The translations under genes were made by a program, and so were the position numbers. Positions 29,163 through 38,661 of a stretch of 61,687 bases of DNA are shown piece after piece. Every line of letters begins with the position of its first letter. Positions within the stretch are counted from its first letter, which is position 1. The notes under the pieces were generated by a model. The model was not told the DNA's origin. It saw only the letters and a program-made list of their open reading frames with translations, and made no database searches. The stretch is from positions 81,906 through 143,592 of the forward strand of contig CAZSUN010000001.1 in the NCBI GenBank assembly GCA_964610045.1. Reading direction: 5' to 3'. The stretch comes from an uncultured Sphaerobacteraceae bacterium. Its GTDB lineage: Bacteria > Chloroflexota > Chloroflexia > Thermomicrobiales > UBA6265.

Positions 29163-30113
29163 ATGCTGAAGTTCATCCTTCGCCGGGTGCTGTTGATGAT
29201 TCCGGTCTTGCTCGGGGTGACGTTGATTACGTTCATCATCGTGCGCTCGATTCCCGGCGATCCGGTCCAGACGATGCTCGGCGCGGATCGCCGGACGACG
29301 CCCGAGCAGATCGAGGCGATCCGGCACGCCTACGGGCTGGACCAATCGTTGCCAATGCAGTACCTGAAGTGGCTCGGTCATGTGTTGACGGGGGACCTGG
29401 GGACATCGCTGCGGACGCGGCGAGACCTGGTCGATGAGCTTGCCCTTCGATTGCCGGTGACGATCCAGTTGACGATGATGGCCATGATCATGGCCGCCAT
29501 CCCGGCGATGGTCCTCGGCGTGCTGGCGGCGCTACGGCGAAACTCGACTGCGGACTACGTGGCGACGATCGTGACCCTGGTCGGCGTTTCCGTACCGAAC
29601 TTTTTCCTGGCCACCCTGTTCGTGCTCCTGTTTTCGTACAAACTGAAATGGCTGCCGCCGGTCGGTTTCCGGCCATTCCTCGATGACCCCGGGCAAAACC
29701 TGAAGTCGATGATCCTGCCGGCCTTGAGTCTCGGCTTACCGCTGGCCGCGATCCTGATGCGGTTCACGCGTTCGTCGGTGCTCGAAGTATTGGGGCAGGA
29801 GCACGTGCGGACCGCGCGGGCGAAGGGCCTGCCTCGCAGCCGGGTGCTGATGCGGCACGTGTTGCCAAATGCCGGGATCCCGATCCTGACAATCGTCGGG
29901 ATCCAGATCGCCAACCTCCTGGGCGGAACCGTCATCATCGAGCAAATCTTCGGGTTGCCGGGCGTCGGCAAGTACGTCTACGACTCGATTGCCAACCGGG
30001 ATTACCCGGTCGTGCAAAGTGTGACCCTGGTGCTGGCGTTCATTTTCGTCCTCGTCAGCCTGATCGTGGATGTCCTCTACGCGGTTCTTGACCCACGGTT
30101 GCGCCGTTCGTAG
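29163..30113 (+). CDS. ABC transporter permease (DppB/OppB-like)
   Basis: MLKFILRRVLLMIPVLLGVTLITFIIV is the canonical N-terminus. AGGAGTGGGGGA RBS. Confidence 0.9.
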   Translation: MLKFILRRVLLMIPVLLGVTLITFIIVRSIPGDPVQTMLGADRRTTPEQIEAIRHAYGLDQSLPMQYLKWLGHVLTGDLGTSLRTRRDLVDELALRLPVTIQLTMMAMIMAAIPAMVLGVLAALRRNSTADYVATIVTLVGVSVPNFFLATLFVLLFSYKLKWLPPVGFRPFLDDPGQNLKSMILPALSLGLPLAAILMRFTRSSVLEVLGQEHVRTARAKGLPRSRVLMRHVLPNAGIPILTIVGIQIANLLGGTVIIEQIFGLPGVGKYVYDSIANRDYPVVQSVTLVLAFIFVLVSLIVDVLYAVLDPRLRRS

Positions 30114-30149
30114 CGCGCGTTCCGGTTGGAGCCGGAGGGAGGGAAGACC

Positions 30150-31049
30150 ATGACAGATGCGAGCGCAGCGACGGTGACGCGGGCAGGATTCGATGCTGCG
30201 GGCCAACGGATATCGCGGCGCCCTGGCTTGTTTCGGGTCATCATGCAGCAGCGGCTGGCGGTGTCCGGGATCGCGATCGTGGGTTTCTTCCTGATCGTGG
30301 CGCTGATCGGCCCCTGGGTGGCCCCACACGGCGCGACCGAGCAATTCGCCGGGCAACAGTTGCAACCACCGAGTAGCGAGTTCTGGTTCGGCACCGACGA
30401 ATTCGGGCGGGATGTGTTCAGCCGGTTGCTGTACGGGGCGCGGATCTCGTTTCAGGTTGGCATCATCTCGGTCGGGATTTCAGCGGTAATCGGGATCGTG
30501 CTGGGGCTCGTCGCCGGGTATTTCGGCGGTTGGCTGGACAACATCATCACGTTACTGATGGACGTGTTGTTCGCTTTCCCCACCATCCTGCTGGCGATCG
30601 CCATCATGACCGCACTGGGCAACTCGATCACCAACGTGATGATCGCGATCGGCCTGGTGAACGCGCCATCGTTCATGCGGGTGGTGCGGGGATCGGTGCT
30701 GTCGGTGCGGACGAGCACGTTTGTGGAATCGGCGGTGGTCGTCGGCGCACCGGTCCCGACGATCCTGCGGCGACACATATTCCCGAATATCACCGCGCCG
30801 CTGATCGTGCATGGCTCGTTGAACTTCGCGTTCGCCGTGCTTGCCGAGGCATCCCTGGCATTCCTGGGTCTCGGCAACAAGCCACCATCGCCGTCATGGG
30901 GGTCGATGGTGTCGTCGTCGTACCCGGTGCTGCAGATGGCGCCGTGGGCAGCGATTTTCCCGGGCATGGCGATCGGATTGACGGTCCTGGGGTTCAACCT
31001 GCTGGGTGACGGGTTGCGGGACGCGCTGGATCCGAAACTGCGGCGGTAG
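30150..31049 (+). CDS. ABC transporter permease (DppC/OppC-like)
   Basis: Multi-TM protein with canonical C-terminus LLGDGLRDALDPKLRR. GGAGGGAGGGAAGACC RBS before the ATG at 30150. Confidence 0.9.
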   Translation: MTDASAATVTRAGFDAAGQRISRRPGLFRVIMQQRLAVSGIAIVGFFLIVALIGPWVAPHGATEQFAGQQLQPPSSEFWFGTDEFGRDVFSRLLYGARISFQVGIISVGISAVIGIVLGLVAGYFGGWLDNIITLLMDVLFAFPTILLAIAIMTALGNSITNVMIAIGLVNAPSFMRVVRGSVLSVRTSTFVESAVVVGAPVPTILRRHIFPNITAPLIVHGSLNFAFAVLAEASLAFLGLGNKPPSPSWGSMVSSSYPVLQMAPWAAIFPGMAIGLTVLGFNLLGDGLRDALDPKLRR

Positions 31050-31203
31050 GACGGAAAGAGAAAAGAGGAAACAGGAAATAGAGAAGCGAGACGGAGTTAT
31101 GGGCGTTTGACTGGCATTCCGGGCACGACGTATACTTCGCCGGTGCGCCGGGTTCTACCCGGCGTCTTCGTGCGCATGTCCGTCAATCCGCGCCTCGTGC
31201 CGG

Positions 31204-31785
31204 ATGGTGGACGATGGAACGGGTGACAGGATGACAATCGATGAGCGTCGCGCCACCCAGGTGCAGAACGACACGCGCATCAATGTCGCCTCGTTGCTCC
31301 AGGAGCCCGTGGGTAGCACGCGCGAGTTGCTGGTGCATCTCGACAGATTGCCGCTCGATACGGACCTGGCTGCGTTCGATGTGCGGGCGTCCCTCGAGTT
31401 GACGCGCATCAAGGGGGCGATCCTCGTTGATGCGGATCTCGAAGCGGTGATTCCGCTGGAGTGCGTGACCTGTCTCGCTGAATATGAACAGGCGGTGGCG
31501 GAGTCGTTTTCGGAACCGTTCCGGCAGTTGGTCGATGTACGGACCGGCGCCAGTCTCGCGACCGACGAACGGGTCGACGAGCAGATCGACGACGAACCGG
31601 CGTTCACCATCGACGAAAGTCACGAACTCGATTTGCGGGAGGCGTTCCGCCAGTGGTTCGTGCTGGCGATCCCGATGCAGCCGAGTTGCGGGCCGAACTG
31701 CCCGGGACCGGTTGAGATCGGCGACGGCGGTGACGCAATCGTCGATGAACGGTTTGCAAGCCTCGCGAGCCTGCTTGACGATTGA
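31204..31785 (+). CDS. yceD: DUF177 (YceD-like) protein
   Basis: Acidic protein with a CxxC...C motif (CLAEY, CGPNCPG), in the conserved position directly upstream of rpmF. Confidence 0.75.
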   Translation: MVDDGTGDRMTIDERRATQVQNDTRINVASLLQEPVGSTRELLVHLDRLPLDTDLAAFDVRASLELTRIKGAILVDADLEAVIPLECVTCLAEYEQAVAESFSEPFRQLVDVRTGASLATDERVDEQIDDEPAFTIDESHELDLREAFRQWFVLAIPMQPSCGPNCPGPVEIGDGGDAIVDERFASLASLLDD

Positions 31786-31891
31786 CGCTGGAAGGCCAGG
31801 GCGTGGTTGCCTGGGGCCATGACGATGCGATTTGACGCCATCCGGAGGTGGAAACACCCGGCACGGCGAATCTATAGAGGAGAACGAGATC

Positions 31892-32095
31892 ATGGGCGCA
31901 CTTCCGAAACAGCGGGTCAGCCGGGCCCACCAGGGCAATCGGCGCCGTCATCACTTCATCCCCGAGCTGCAACTCGTGACCTGCCCGCAGTGCGGTGGCA
32001 AGCGCCGCCCGCATCATGTGTGCCCGAATTGCGGTACCTACCGCAATCGCCAGGTCATTGAAATCGAGAGCACCCGCCGCGCTTCCGAATCCTGA
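31892..32095 (+). CDS. rpmF: 50S ribosomal protein L32
   Basis: MGALPKQRVSRAHQGNRRRH... with a CPQCG...CPNCG zinc ribbon. AGAGGAG RBS. Confidence 0.9.
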   Translation: MGALPKQRVSRAHQGNRRRHHFIPELQLVTCPQCGGKRRPHHVCPNCGTYRNRQVIEIESTRRASES

Positions 32096-32122
32096 TCGGG
32101 ATTCGTGACAACCGGTGAAGGG

Positions 32123-32175
32123 AATCCCCCGCAGGTTCAGTTCCACCGACAGGGTGGGACAGCCTGCGGGGGATT
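32123..32175 (+). terminator. large perfect hairpin between rpmF and fabH (terminator, attenuator or processing site)
   Basis: 13-bp perfect stem AATCCCCCGCAGG/CCTGCGGGGGATT enclosing an inner CCACC-GACAG-GGTGG hairpin. No trailing U-tract. Confidence 0.4.
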
Positions 32176-32318
32176 GTCATGCCTGCGAGTTGCGTGGTGA
32201 AAACCCGCCGGCTCTGGCACACTGCACTATCGACACCAACGGGCAGGAGGTATGGCTGCGCCTTCGACCGCCCACGTACGCACCGCAATCCGTGCGCCAT
32301 CAATGATGAGGACGTGGC

Positions 32319-33317
32319 ATGCCGTATGCAGCGGTAACCGGTTGGGGCAAGGCAACGCCCGAACGGGTGCTGACCAACCAGGATCTCGAACGGATGGTCG
32401 AAACGAGTGACGACTGGATCGTCTCCCGGACCGGCATCCGTCAGCGCCACGTCGTCGGCAAGGATGACTCGACCACGTCACTGGCGACGGCAGCCGCCCG
32501 AGAGGCGCTTGCCAGGGCTGGGCGGCGGGCAGACGAGATCGACCTGATCGTGGTCGGTACCGCAACCCCGGACGATTTCCTGGTTTCGCAGGCCTGCCTG
32601 GTGCAGGCAGAGCTCGGTGGCTCGGGTGGCGCGTTCGATGTCGGGGCGGCTTGTGCGGGTTTCGTGACCGCGCTTTCGGTCGGCAGCCAGTTCGTCAACA
32701 GCGGCGTGTATCAGCGGGTGCTGGTGATCGGGGTGGATACGCTGACCCGGTATGTCGACTACACCGATCGCAGTACTTGCGTGCTGTTCGGTGACGGCGC
32801 GGGCGCGGTTGTGATCGAGGCGACCGACGAACCGCGCGGCCTGCTCTCGACGGTGCTGGGAGCGGATGGCGCCGGTCACAAGCATCTCTACGTGCCGGGT
32901 TGGGGAGCGCTTGTTCCCGAATCAGCGGATTTGTTCCCGGAGTATCGTCCGTATCTTCAAATGAACGGCAAGGAAGTCTTCCGATTCGCGGTGCAGGCCA
33001 TGGGCGATGCGGCCGTGGAGGCAGTCCGCAAAGTTGGACTGACATTCGAGGACATCGACCTGCTGATCCCGCACCAGGCGAACCTGCGGATTATCGACGC
33101 GGCAGCCAGGCGGCTGGAGCTTGCCCGCGAGAAGGTCTGGGTCAACCTCGACCGGTACGGGAATACCTCCGCAGCATCGGTGCCGATCGCGATTGCCGAG
33201 GCGGCGGACAGTGGCGTCCTCAAGGAAGGCATGAACATTGTGCTGGTCGCCTTCGGGGCCGGGTTGGCCTGGGCGGCTGGCGTGGTCAGGTGGGGTGTGG
33301 CTGGGGTCCAACCCTGA
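32319..33317 (+). CDS. fabH: beta-ketoacyl-ACP synthase III
   Basis: Active-site Cys context DVGAACAGF, plus the HQANLRI and GNTSAAS motifs. Confidence 0.95.
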   Translation: MPYAAVTGWGKATPERVLTNQDLERMVETSDDWIVSRTGIRQRHVVGKDDSTTSLATAAAREALARAGRRADEIDLIVVGTATPDDFLVSQACLVQAELGGSGGAFDVGAACAGFVTALSVGSQFVNSGVYQRVLVIGVDTLTRYVDYTDRSTCVLFGDGAGAVVIEATDEPRGLLSTVLGADGAGHKHLYVPGWGALVPESADLFPEYRPYLQMNGKEVFRFAVQAMGDAAVEAVRKVGLTFEDIDLLIPHQANLRIIDAAARRLELAREKVWVNLDRYGNTSAASVPIAIAEAADSGVLKEGMNIVLVAFGAGLAWAAGVVRWGVAGVQP

Positions 33318-33362
33318 CGGCGCGAGGCCGGACCATGACGACGGGGTCAGAAAGGACAGGAC

Positions 33363-34115
33363 ATGACTGAATCGACCGATCGCAGGATTGCCGTGGTTAC
33401 CGGCGGAACGCGCGGAATCGGCCTGGCGATTTCGCAGCGCCTGGCGCGCGACGGCTGGGATCTGCTGGTGACGTACAACCGTGACGCAGATGCCGCGGCG
33501 GCAAGCCAGGCCGCACTCCAGGAATTCGGCGGACGTGTGGAAGTGATCTCCGCCGATGTCTCCACCGCGGATGGCGCCGGCGCGACGATCGAAGGCGCCG
33601 TGACCCAGTTCGGCAGGATCGATGCCCTCGTCAACAATGCCGGCATCACCCGTGATGGTCTGGTGCTCAGGATGTCCGAGAGTGACTGGGACGCCGTGCT
33701 CGATACGAACCTCAAGGGTGCGTTCCTCGCCAGCAAGGCAGCGTTCCGGCCGATGATGCGCCAGCGGTCTGGCCGGATCGTCAACCTCACCTCGGTGATC
33801 GGCCAGGTGGGCAATGCCGGCCAGGCGAACTACGCTGCGGCGAAGGCGGGTCTGATCGGTCTGACCAAATCGCTGGCCAAGGAGTTCGGCTCCCGGGGGA
33901 TCACGGTCAATGCGGTCGCGCCAGGGTTTATCGAAACGCGGTTGACCGATGTCCTCAAGGATGACGCGAAAACGCAACTGTTGGCCCAAACGCCGCTCGG
34001 GCGATTTGGCTCGGTCGACGATGTCGCGGGCGCCGTTGCGTTCCTGGTTTCGCCAGACGCGTCGTTCATTACCGGACACGTCCTGACGGTGGATGGCGGA
34101 TTGTTCATGGCCTGA
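33363..34115 (+). CDS. fabG: 3-oxoacyl-ACP reductase
   Basis: SDR motifs TGGTRGIG, NNAG and YAAAKAG, with C-terminus GHVLTVDGG. Confidence 0.9.
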   Translation: MTESTDRRIAVVTGGTRGIGLAISQRLARDGWDLLVTYNRDADAAAASQAALQEFGGRVEVISADVSTADGAGATIEGAVTQFGRIDALVNNAGITRDGLVLRMSESDWDAVLDTNLKGAFLASKAAFRPMMRQRSGRIVNLTSVIGQVGNAGQANYAAAKAGLIGLTKSLAKEFGSRGITVNAVAPGFIETRLTDVLKDDAKTQLLAQTPLGRFGSVDDVAGAVAFLVSPDASFITGHVLTVDGGLFMA

Positions 34116-34216
34116 TCGCGGGCCGGTGCCGTCCGGGCCAACCGGTGGGGACGACGAGGTGGGCGCGACACGGGTACCATAGGCGTCATGTGGATGGTCG
34201 CCTGCTGGAGGCATGG

Positions 34217-35587
34217 GTGTTTCGCAAGGTCCTGATTGCCAATCGAGGTGAAATCGCGCTGCGCATCCTGCGAGCTTGCCGGGATCTGGATATCCCGGCG
34301 GTCGTCGCCTACAGCGACATCGATCGCGAGTCTCTCGCGGTGCGGCTGGCCGATGAAGCAGTGTGCATCGGTCCAGCACCGGCGGCGCGCTCGTACAACA
34401 ACATTCCGGCTGTGATCAGCGCGGCCCTGGTTACTGGCTGCGATGCGTTGCACCCAGGGTACGGATTCCTGGCTGAGAATTCCTTCCTCGCCGAAATCTG
34501 CCAGCAGGTGGGCATTACCTTCATCGGTCCATCGGCGGGCGTCATCGAGAGCATGGGCAACAAGGCGGAAGCCCGGCGGGTGATGCGGGAAGCTGGCGTG
34601 CCGATGTTGCCGGGCACGCAGGGCACGGTGAACTCGCTGGCAGAGGCACGGTCATTCGCCCGGGAGATCGGATTTCCCGTGGTGATCAAGGCGGTGGCCG
34701 GTGGCGGTGGCCGCGGCATGCGGGTGGCGATGAACGAGCCGGAGCTCGTACGTGGCTATCCGATGGCACAGGCGGAAGCCGAGGCGGCGTTTGGCAACGG
34801 CGCGGTGTATATGGAGCGTTTCCTGCTGCAACCGCGGCACGTCGAAGTGCAGGTGCTGGGCGATAACCACGGGAATGTCGTGGCGGTCGGCGAGCGCGAC
34901 TGCTCGTTGCAGCGGCGTCACCAGAAAGTTGTGGAAGAAGCACCAGCGCCGAACCTGTCGAAGAAAGTGCGCGACAACCTCCTGAAGACGGCGGTCAAGG
35001 GATCGAAGGCGGCGGGGTATACCAGTGCCGGCACGCTCGAATTCCTCCTCGATGCCGAGGGCAGGTTCTATTTCATGGAGATGAACACGCGGATCCAGGT
35101 CGAGCATCCGATTACGGAGGAAACGGCGAAGATCGATCTGGTCGCCTGGCAAATCCGGGTTGCGGCTGGGGAGCGGATCACGTTCCGGGAGGATGACCTG
35201 CGACCGCAGGGGCATTCGATCGAGTGCCGGATCACGGCGGAAGACGCGAGGAACGACTTCACGCCATCGGTCGGAACCGTCGAGACCTATGTCGCGCCAG
35301 GAGGGCCGGGGGTGCGGGTCGATTCGCACCTGTTCAGCGGCTATTCGGTGCCGCCGAACTACGATTCACTGCTCGCCAAGATCATTGCATGGGGCAAGGA
35401 CCGGAACGAGGCGGTTTCCCGGCTGGAACGGGCCTTGCAGGAAACCATCATCACGGGGGTGACGAACACCATCCCGTTTCACCGGCACATTCTGGCAGAC
35501 GAAGCGTTTCGCCGGGGAGAGGTCCACACCGGATTCATTCCGGAGTTCTTCGAACGCTCCGGGCATCTTCTCCAGGCCGACGAATAG
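34217..35587 (+). CDS. accC: acetyl-CoA carboxylase biotin carboxylase subunit
   Basis: FRKVLIANRGEIALRI N-terminus, ATP-grasp GGGGRGMR and EMNTRIQVEHPITE. GTG at 34217 is preceded by GGAGG. Confidence 0.95.
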   Translation: MFRKVLIANRGEIALRILRACRDLDIPAVVAYSDIDRESLAVRLADEAVCIGPAPAARSYNNIPAVISAALVTGCDALHPGYGFLAENSFLAEICQQVGITFIGPSAGVIESMGNKAEARRVMREAGVPMLPGTQGTVNSLAEARSFAREIGFPVVIKAVAGGGGRGMRVAMNEPELVRGYPMAQAEAEAAFGNGAVYMERFLLQPRHVEVQVLGDNHGNVVAVGERDCSLQRRHQKVVEEAPAPNLSKKVRDNLLKTAVKGSKAAGYTSAGTLEFLLDAEGRFYFMEMNTRIQVEHPITEETAKIDLVAWQIRVAAGERITFREDDLRPQGHSIECRITAEDARNDFTPSVGTVETYVAPGGPGVRVDSHLFSGYSVPPNYDSLLAKIIAWGKDRNEAVSRLERALQETIITGVTNTIPFHRHILADEAFRRGEVHTGFIPEFFERSGHLLQADE

Positions 35588-35614
35588 TTCGTGAACCACG
35601 CTGGAGGTGACCCG

Positions 35615-36040
35615 ATGAGCAGCGCGCTCCGCGGCGAACGGCCAGAAGGCCATGCCGCCGCCGATGTGGACCTCGATGGCCGGGATGGCGCCGCAAGGTT
35701 GCACGGGACGGTGCGGATCGCACCGGCAGTGCTGATCGAGCTCATCGATCTGACGCTGGCGGAAATCGACGGTTTCGCCGGACTTCGGAACCACGACACG
35801 GATCCTGATCCTGGCGAAACCGGCCGCCGGTTCTCCAATGGCAGGATCGCCGTGACCGTCGACGGTGATCGAATCGCCGTGGCGGTTGGCTGTGCCATCG
35901 TGCGCGGCACCAAGGTGGCGGAATTCAGCCAATCAGTGCAGCAGGCGATCGGGTTCGCGGTTGGAAACATGCTCAACATGACCGTGAAATCGGTCGATCT
36001 CATCATCCAGGATGTCTCCCCTGTCCGGGGATCATCCTGA
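35615..36040 (+). CDS. Asp23/Gls24 family envelope stress protein (YqhY-like)
   Basis: Asp23-like core (IAPAVLIELIDLTLAEIDG ... VKSVDLIIQDV), in the conserved position between accC and nusB. GGAGGTGA RBS. Confidence 0.8.
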   Translation: MSSALRGERPEGHAAADVDLDGRDGAARLHGTVRIAPAVLIELIDLTLAEIDGFAGLRNHDTDPDPGETGRRFSNGRIAVTVDGDRIAVAVGCAIVRGTKVAEFSQSVQQAIGFAVGNMLNMTVKSVDLIIQDVSPVRGSS

Positions 36041-36067
36041 ACGCCCAGACAAGGACCACATTTCCAC

Positions 36068-37105
36068 ATGACGGAACCAGAACAGCGCCAGTCGCCAGCC
36101 AGTGGCAAGGGCGGGCAGCACGCCCGGAGGGGACGCAGGAAGCCTGGCCAGCAGCGAAACGGACAGCCCGGTGCGCCATCGCGGAGGGCGCAGTCGATCC
36201 AGCAGGCGCGGGTCCTGGCGATGCAGGTCCTGTTCGAGGACGATCTGACCGACCACCGGCTCGACGACATCCTTCAGCACCTCGGCGAGCAACAGCGCGG
36301 TGAGTTGACCGAGGCCTACGCGCACGTCCGGACGCGGGCGAACGGCATCATTGAAACCATCGACTACCTGGCCAGGAATGCGGACCCGGACGGGAGCGAC
36401 GCGGTGGTTGCGCAATTCATCAGCGCCTCGGACAAGGCGATCGCCAGCCTGTCGGAGCCCGAGCAGGCCGATGAAGGGGAGCGAGCGGACTATGTGCCTC
36501 CCGTGCAACTTCGTGCGGAGGAGATCACCCTTCCCGTCCTGACGCGCTATCGTGATGCCGTCGCCAGCGAGGTCAGGGAGGGGCGCTCCGAAGTCAGCGA
36601 AGAGGATGAGGCGCGTGAGGCTGCCGCCTTTACCGCGCGACTTGCAGCCCTTCGAGGGGAGATCGCACCGGATCCTGGCGAGCCCGACGGTAGTGGCCTC
36701 GACTCGTTGGCGACCCTGCGGCACGAAGCCGCGCATACGGTGTCGTCAACGCTGTCCAACCACGAGCGCGCATCCAGGGCGACCATGATGGAAATGGTCC
36801 AGCGAACCGGCACCCTGGCCCGCGGCGTGGTCGCGCACCGCTCGACCATCGACGCGGCAATTGAGGTCGCGGCGCCCGCGTTCCCGATCGGGCAGATCGC
36901 ATCCATCGATCGAAGCGTACTGCGCGTGGCGGTCTACGAGTTGTTTCACGAACCCGATGTGCCGTACAAGGTGGTGGTGAACGAGGCCGTCGAGATCGCG
37001 AAGCGGTACGGTGGGCCGAGTTCCGGCAAGTTCGTCAATGGCGTGTTACGGACGATTGCCAATGGATTGCCGGCATCGAGAACCCGCGTGCCCACGAAGC
37101 AGTGA
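36068..37105 (+). CDS. nusB: transcription antitermination factor NusB, expanded form
   Basis: NusB helix 1 (ARVLAMQVLFEDDL) and the C-terminal core (IDRSVLRVAVYELFHEPDVPYKVVVNEAVEIAKRYGGPSSGKFVNGVLR) are separated by a long acidic insertion. Basic N-terminal tail. Confidence 0.85.
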   Translation: MTEPEQRQSPASGKGGQHARRGRRKPGQQRNGQPGAPSRRAQSIQQARVLAMQVLFEDDLTDHRLDDILQHLGEQQRGELTEAYAHVRTRANGIIETIDYLARNADPDGSDAVVAQFISASDKAIASLSEPEQADEGERADYVPPVQLRAEEITLPVLTRYRDAVASEVREGRSEVSEEDEAREAAAFTARLAALRGEIAPDPGEPDGSGLDSLATLRHEAAHTVSSTLSNHERASRATMMEMVQRTGTLARGVVAHRSTIDAAIEVAAPAFPIGQIASIDRSVLRVAVYELFHEPDVPYKVVVNEAVEIAKRYGGPSSGKFVNGVLRTIANGLPASRTRVPTKQ

Positions 37106-37368
37106 GGAGGCGACTGGTCCATGCGGCCCCAATCACCTTCCGGTGACCGTAATTCCCTACGAAACCGGCCGTGCCTCGTGTAGAATCGCTCCGGAATGCC
37201 CAGTTCATGGCGAGCTGGCGTCCCGGAGAATTCCCGGGGCGATATCCGAGGCAGGAACGTGCACCATCAGATGTGCCGGTCGGGTGACTGGCACACCATC
37301 GCTGGCGGGCAGGGAGCCATCAGGCCGGAGACCGCCTGGCGATGACAATCCCGGAGGAGGGGTATCAC

Positions 37369-37608
37369 TTGGCAAGTACGCTGGAGCGAGTGCAGGCGAT
37401 CGTGGTCGAGCGGCTGGCTGTAGACGGCGAGCAGGTCGTCGAGTCGGCCGAGTTCATTGGCGACCTGGGTGCGGACTCGCTCGACCTCGTCGAGGTCATC
37501 ATGGCGATGGAGCAGGAGTTCGACCTCGAGATCAAGGATGAGGACGCCGAGACCATTCGCACGGTTGGCGATGCGGTAAAATACATTGACGAGCATAGCC
37601 AGTCCTGA
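37369..37608 (+). CDS. acpP: acyl carrier protein
   Basis: [20 protein letters not shown] phosphopantetheine-attachment motif. TTG at 37369 is preceded by GGAGGAGGGG; the track start at 37342 is also possible. Confidence 0.9.
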   Translation: MASTLERVQAIVVERLAVDGEQVVESAEFIGDLGADSLDLVEVIMAMEQEFDLEIKDEDAETIRTVGDAVKYIDEHSQS

Positions 37609-37641
37609 CGCTTGCGTCCTGACCTGGCAGAAATGCCTTGC

Positions 37642-37677
37642 GAAAGCAGCCCGGCATGAACATGCTCGGCTGCTTTC
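37642..37677 (+). terminator. hairpin terminator after acpP
   Basis: GAAAGCAGCC(C)G...CGGCTGCTTTC stem, about 11 bp. Confidence 0.5.
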
Positions 37678-37830
37678 TGCGACCCGCCCACCGATTTGGG
37701 CAGCCGGCGAACCGTGTATCCATTCTGGTCGCCAGGTTGGTCGCCAATGAGTCCAGGCGTCCGTAACGGGGTGCCTGCGTAACCGGTCACCGGGCAGGCA
37801 TCCCGGTGCCAGAATGGAGCCCCCACCATC

Positions 37831-38661
37831 ATGGCTCGCACGATCAAGGTTCCCGCCTGGAAATTCAAGATTCCGCGTCTGCCGCAGGTTGATCCGGAGG
37901 TTCCCGACGTCTTCGAGGAGATGACGCTCCAGGAACACCTGATCGAACTGCGCGACCGGATCATGAAGGTCTGTATAGGGATCGGTCTCGCCTTCGTCAT
38001 CGGCGCGATCTTCTCCAAGTCGCTCCTGAACCAGATGATGCTGAATGCAAATCTGGAAGGCACGGGGTTCGACATCCGGAGCCCAACCGATCCCCTGACC
38101 CTGTTCTTCAAGGTCGCGCTGTACATCGCGATCGCAATTACGATGCCCCTCATCGTGTACCAGATCGTGGCGTTCCTTGCACCGGGGTTGACCAGGCGCG
38201 AGAAGCGCGTCCTGTATGGCTCTCTCCCGTTCGTTTCGATCCTGTTCATTTCCGGCGCGGCCTACGGGTATTTCATTGCCGCTCCCAGGGCGTTGTGGTT
38301 CCTGTCCGGTTTCCTCTCCGGCATCTTCTCCTGGACACCGGATGGCGCGGAAATCCTGAGCTTCTTCCTTGCCTTGATGATCGGGCTCGGGCTCGCGTTC
38401 CAGTTGCCCGTGATCATGTTCATCCTTGCAAAGATCGGCATTGTCTCGCCGAAAAAGATGCGCGAATGGCGGCGATATGCCTATCTCATGCTGACCGTGG
38501 TGGCTGCCGTCATCACCCCCAGTACCGACCCCATTAACATGGCGATCGTGGCGATCCCGCTCGTGATCCTGTATGAGGGTGGCGTGCTGATTTCCGCCAT
38601 CTTCGCCAAGACCGGATTCAGGACGGTGACCGTGGAGACAGAAACGGCCGCCGACGTCTAG
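37831..38661 (+). CDS. tatC: twin-arginine translocase subunit TatC
   Basis: MTLQEHLIELRDRI motif and a six-TM profile. 276 aa. Confidence 0.9.
   Translation: MARTIKVPAWKFKIPRLPQVDPEVPDVFEEMTLQEHLIELRDRIMKVCIGIGLAFVIGAIFSKSLLNQMMLNANLEGTGFDIRSPTDPLTLFFKVALYIAIAITMPLIVYQIVAFLAPGLTRREKRVLYGSLPFVSILFISGAAYGYFIAAPRALWFLSGFLSGIFSWTPDGAEILSFFLALMIGLGLAFQLPVIMFILAKIGIVSPKKMREWRRYAYLMLTVVAAVITPSTDPINMAIVAIPLVILYEGGVLISAIFAKTGFRTVTVETETAADV

Noticed and set aside
32922-34379. 485-aa ORF on the - strand
   Set aside because: Antisense to fabH, fabG and accC, which carry unambiguous catalytic motifs on the + strand.
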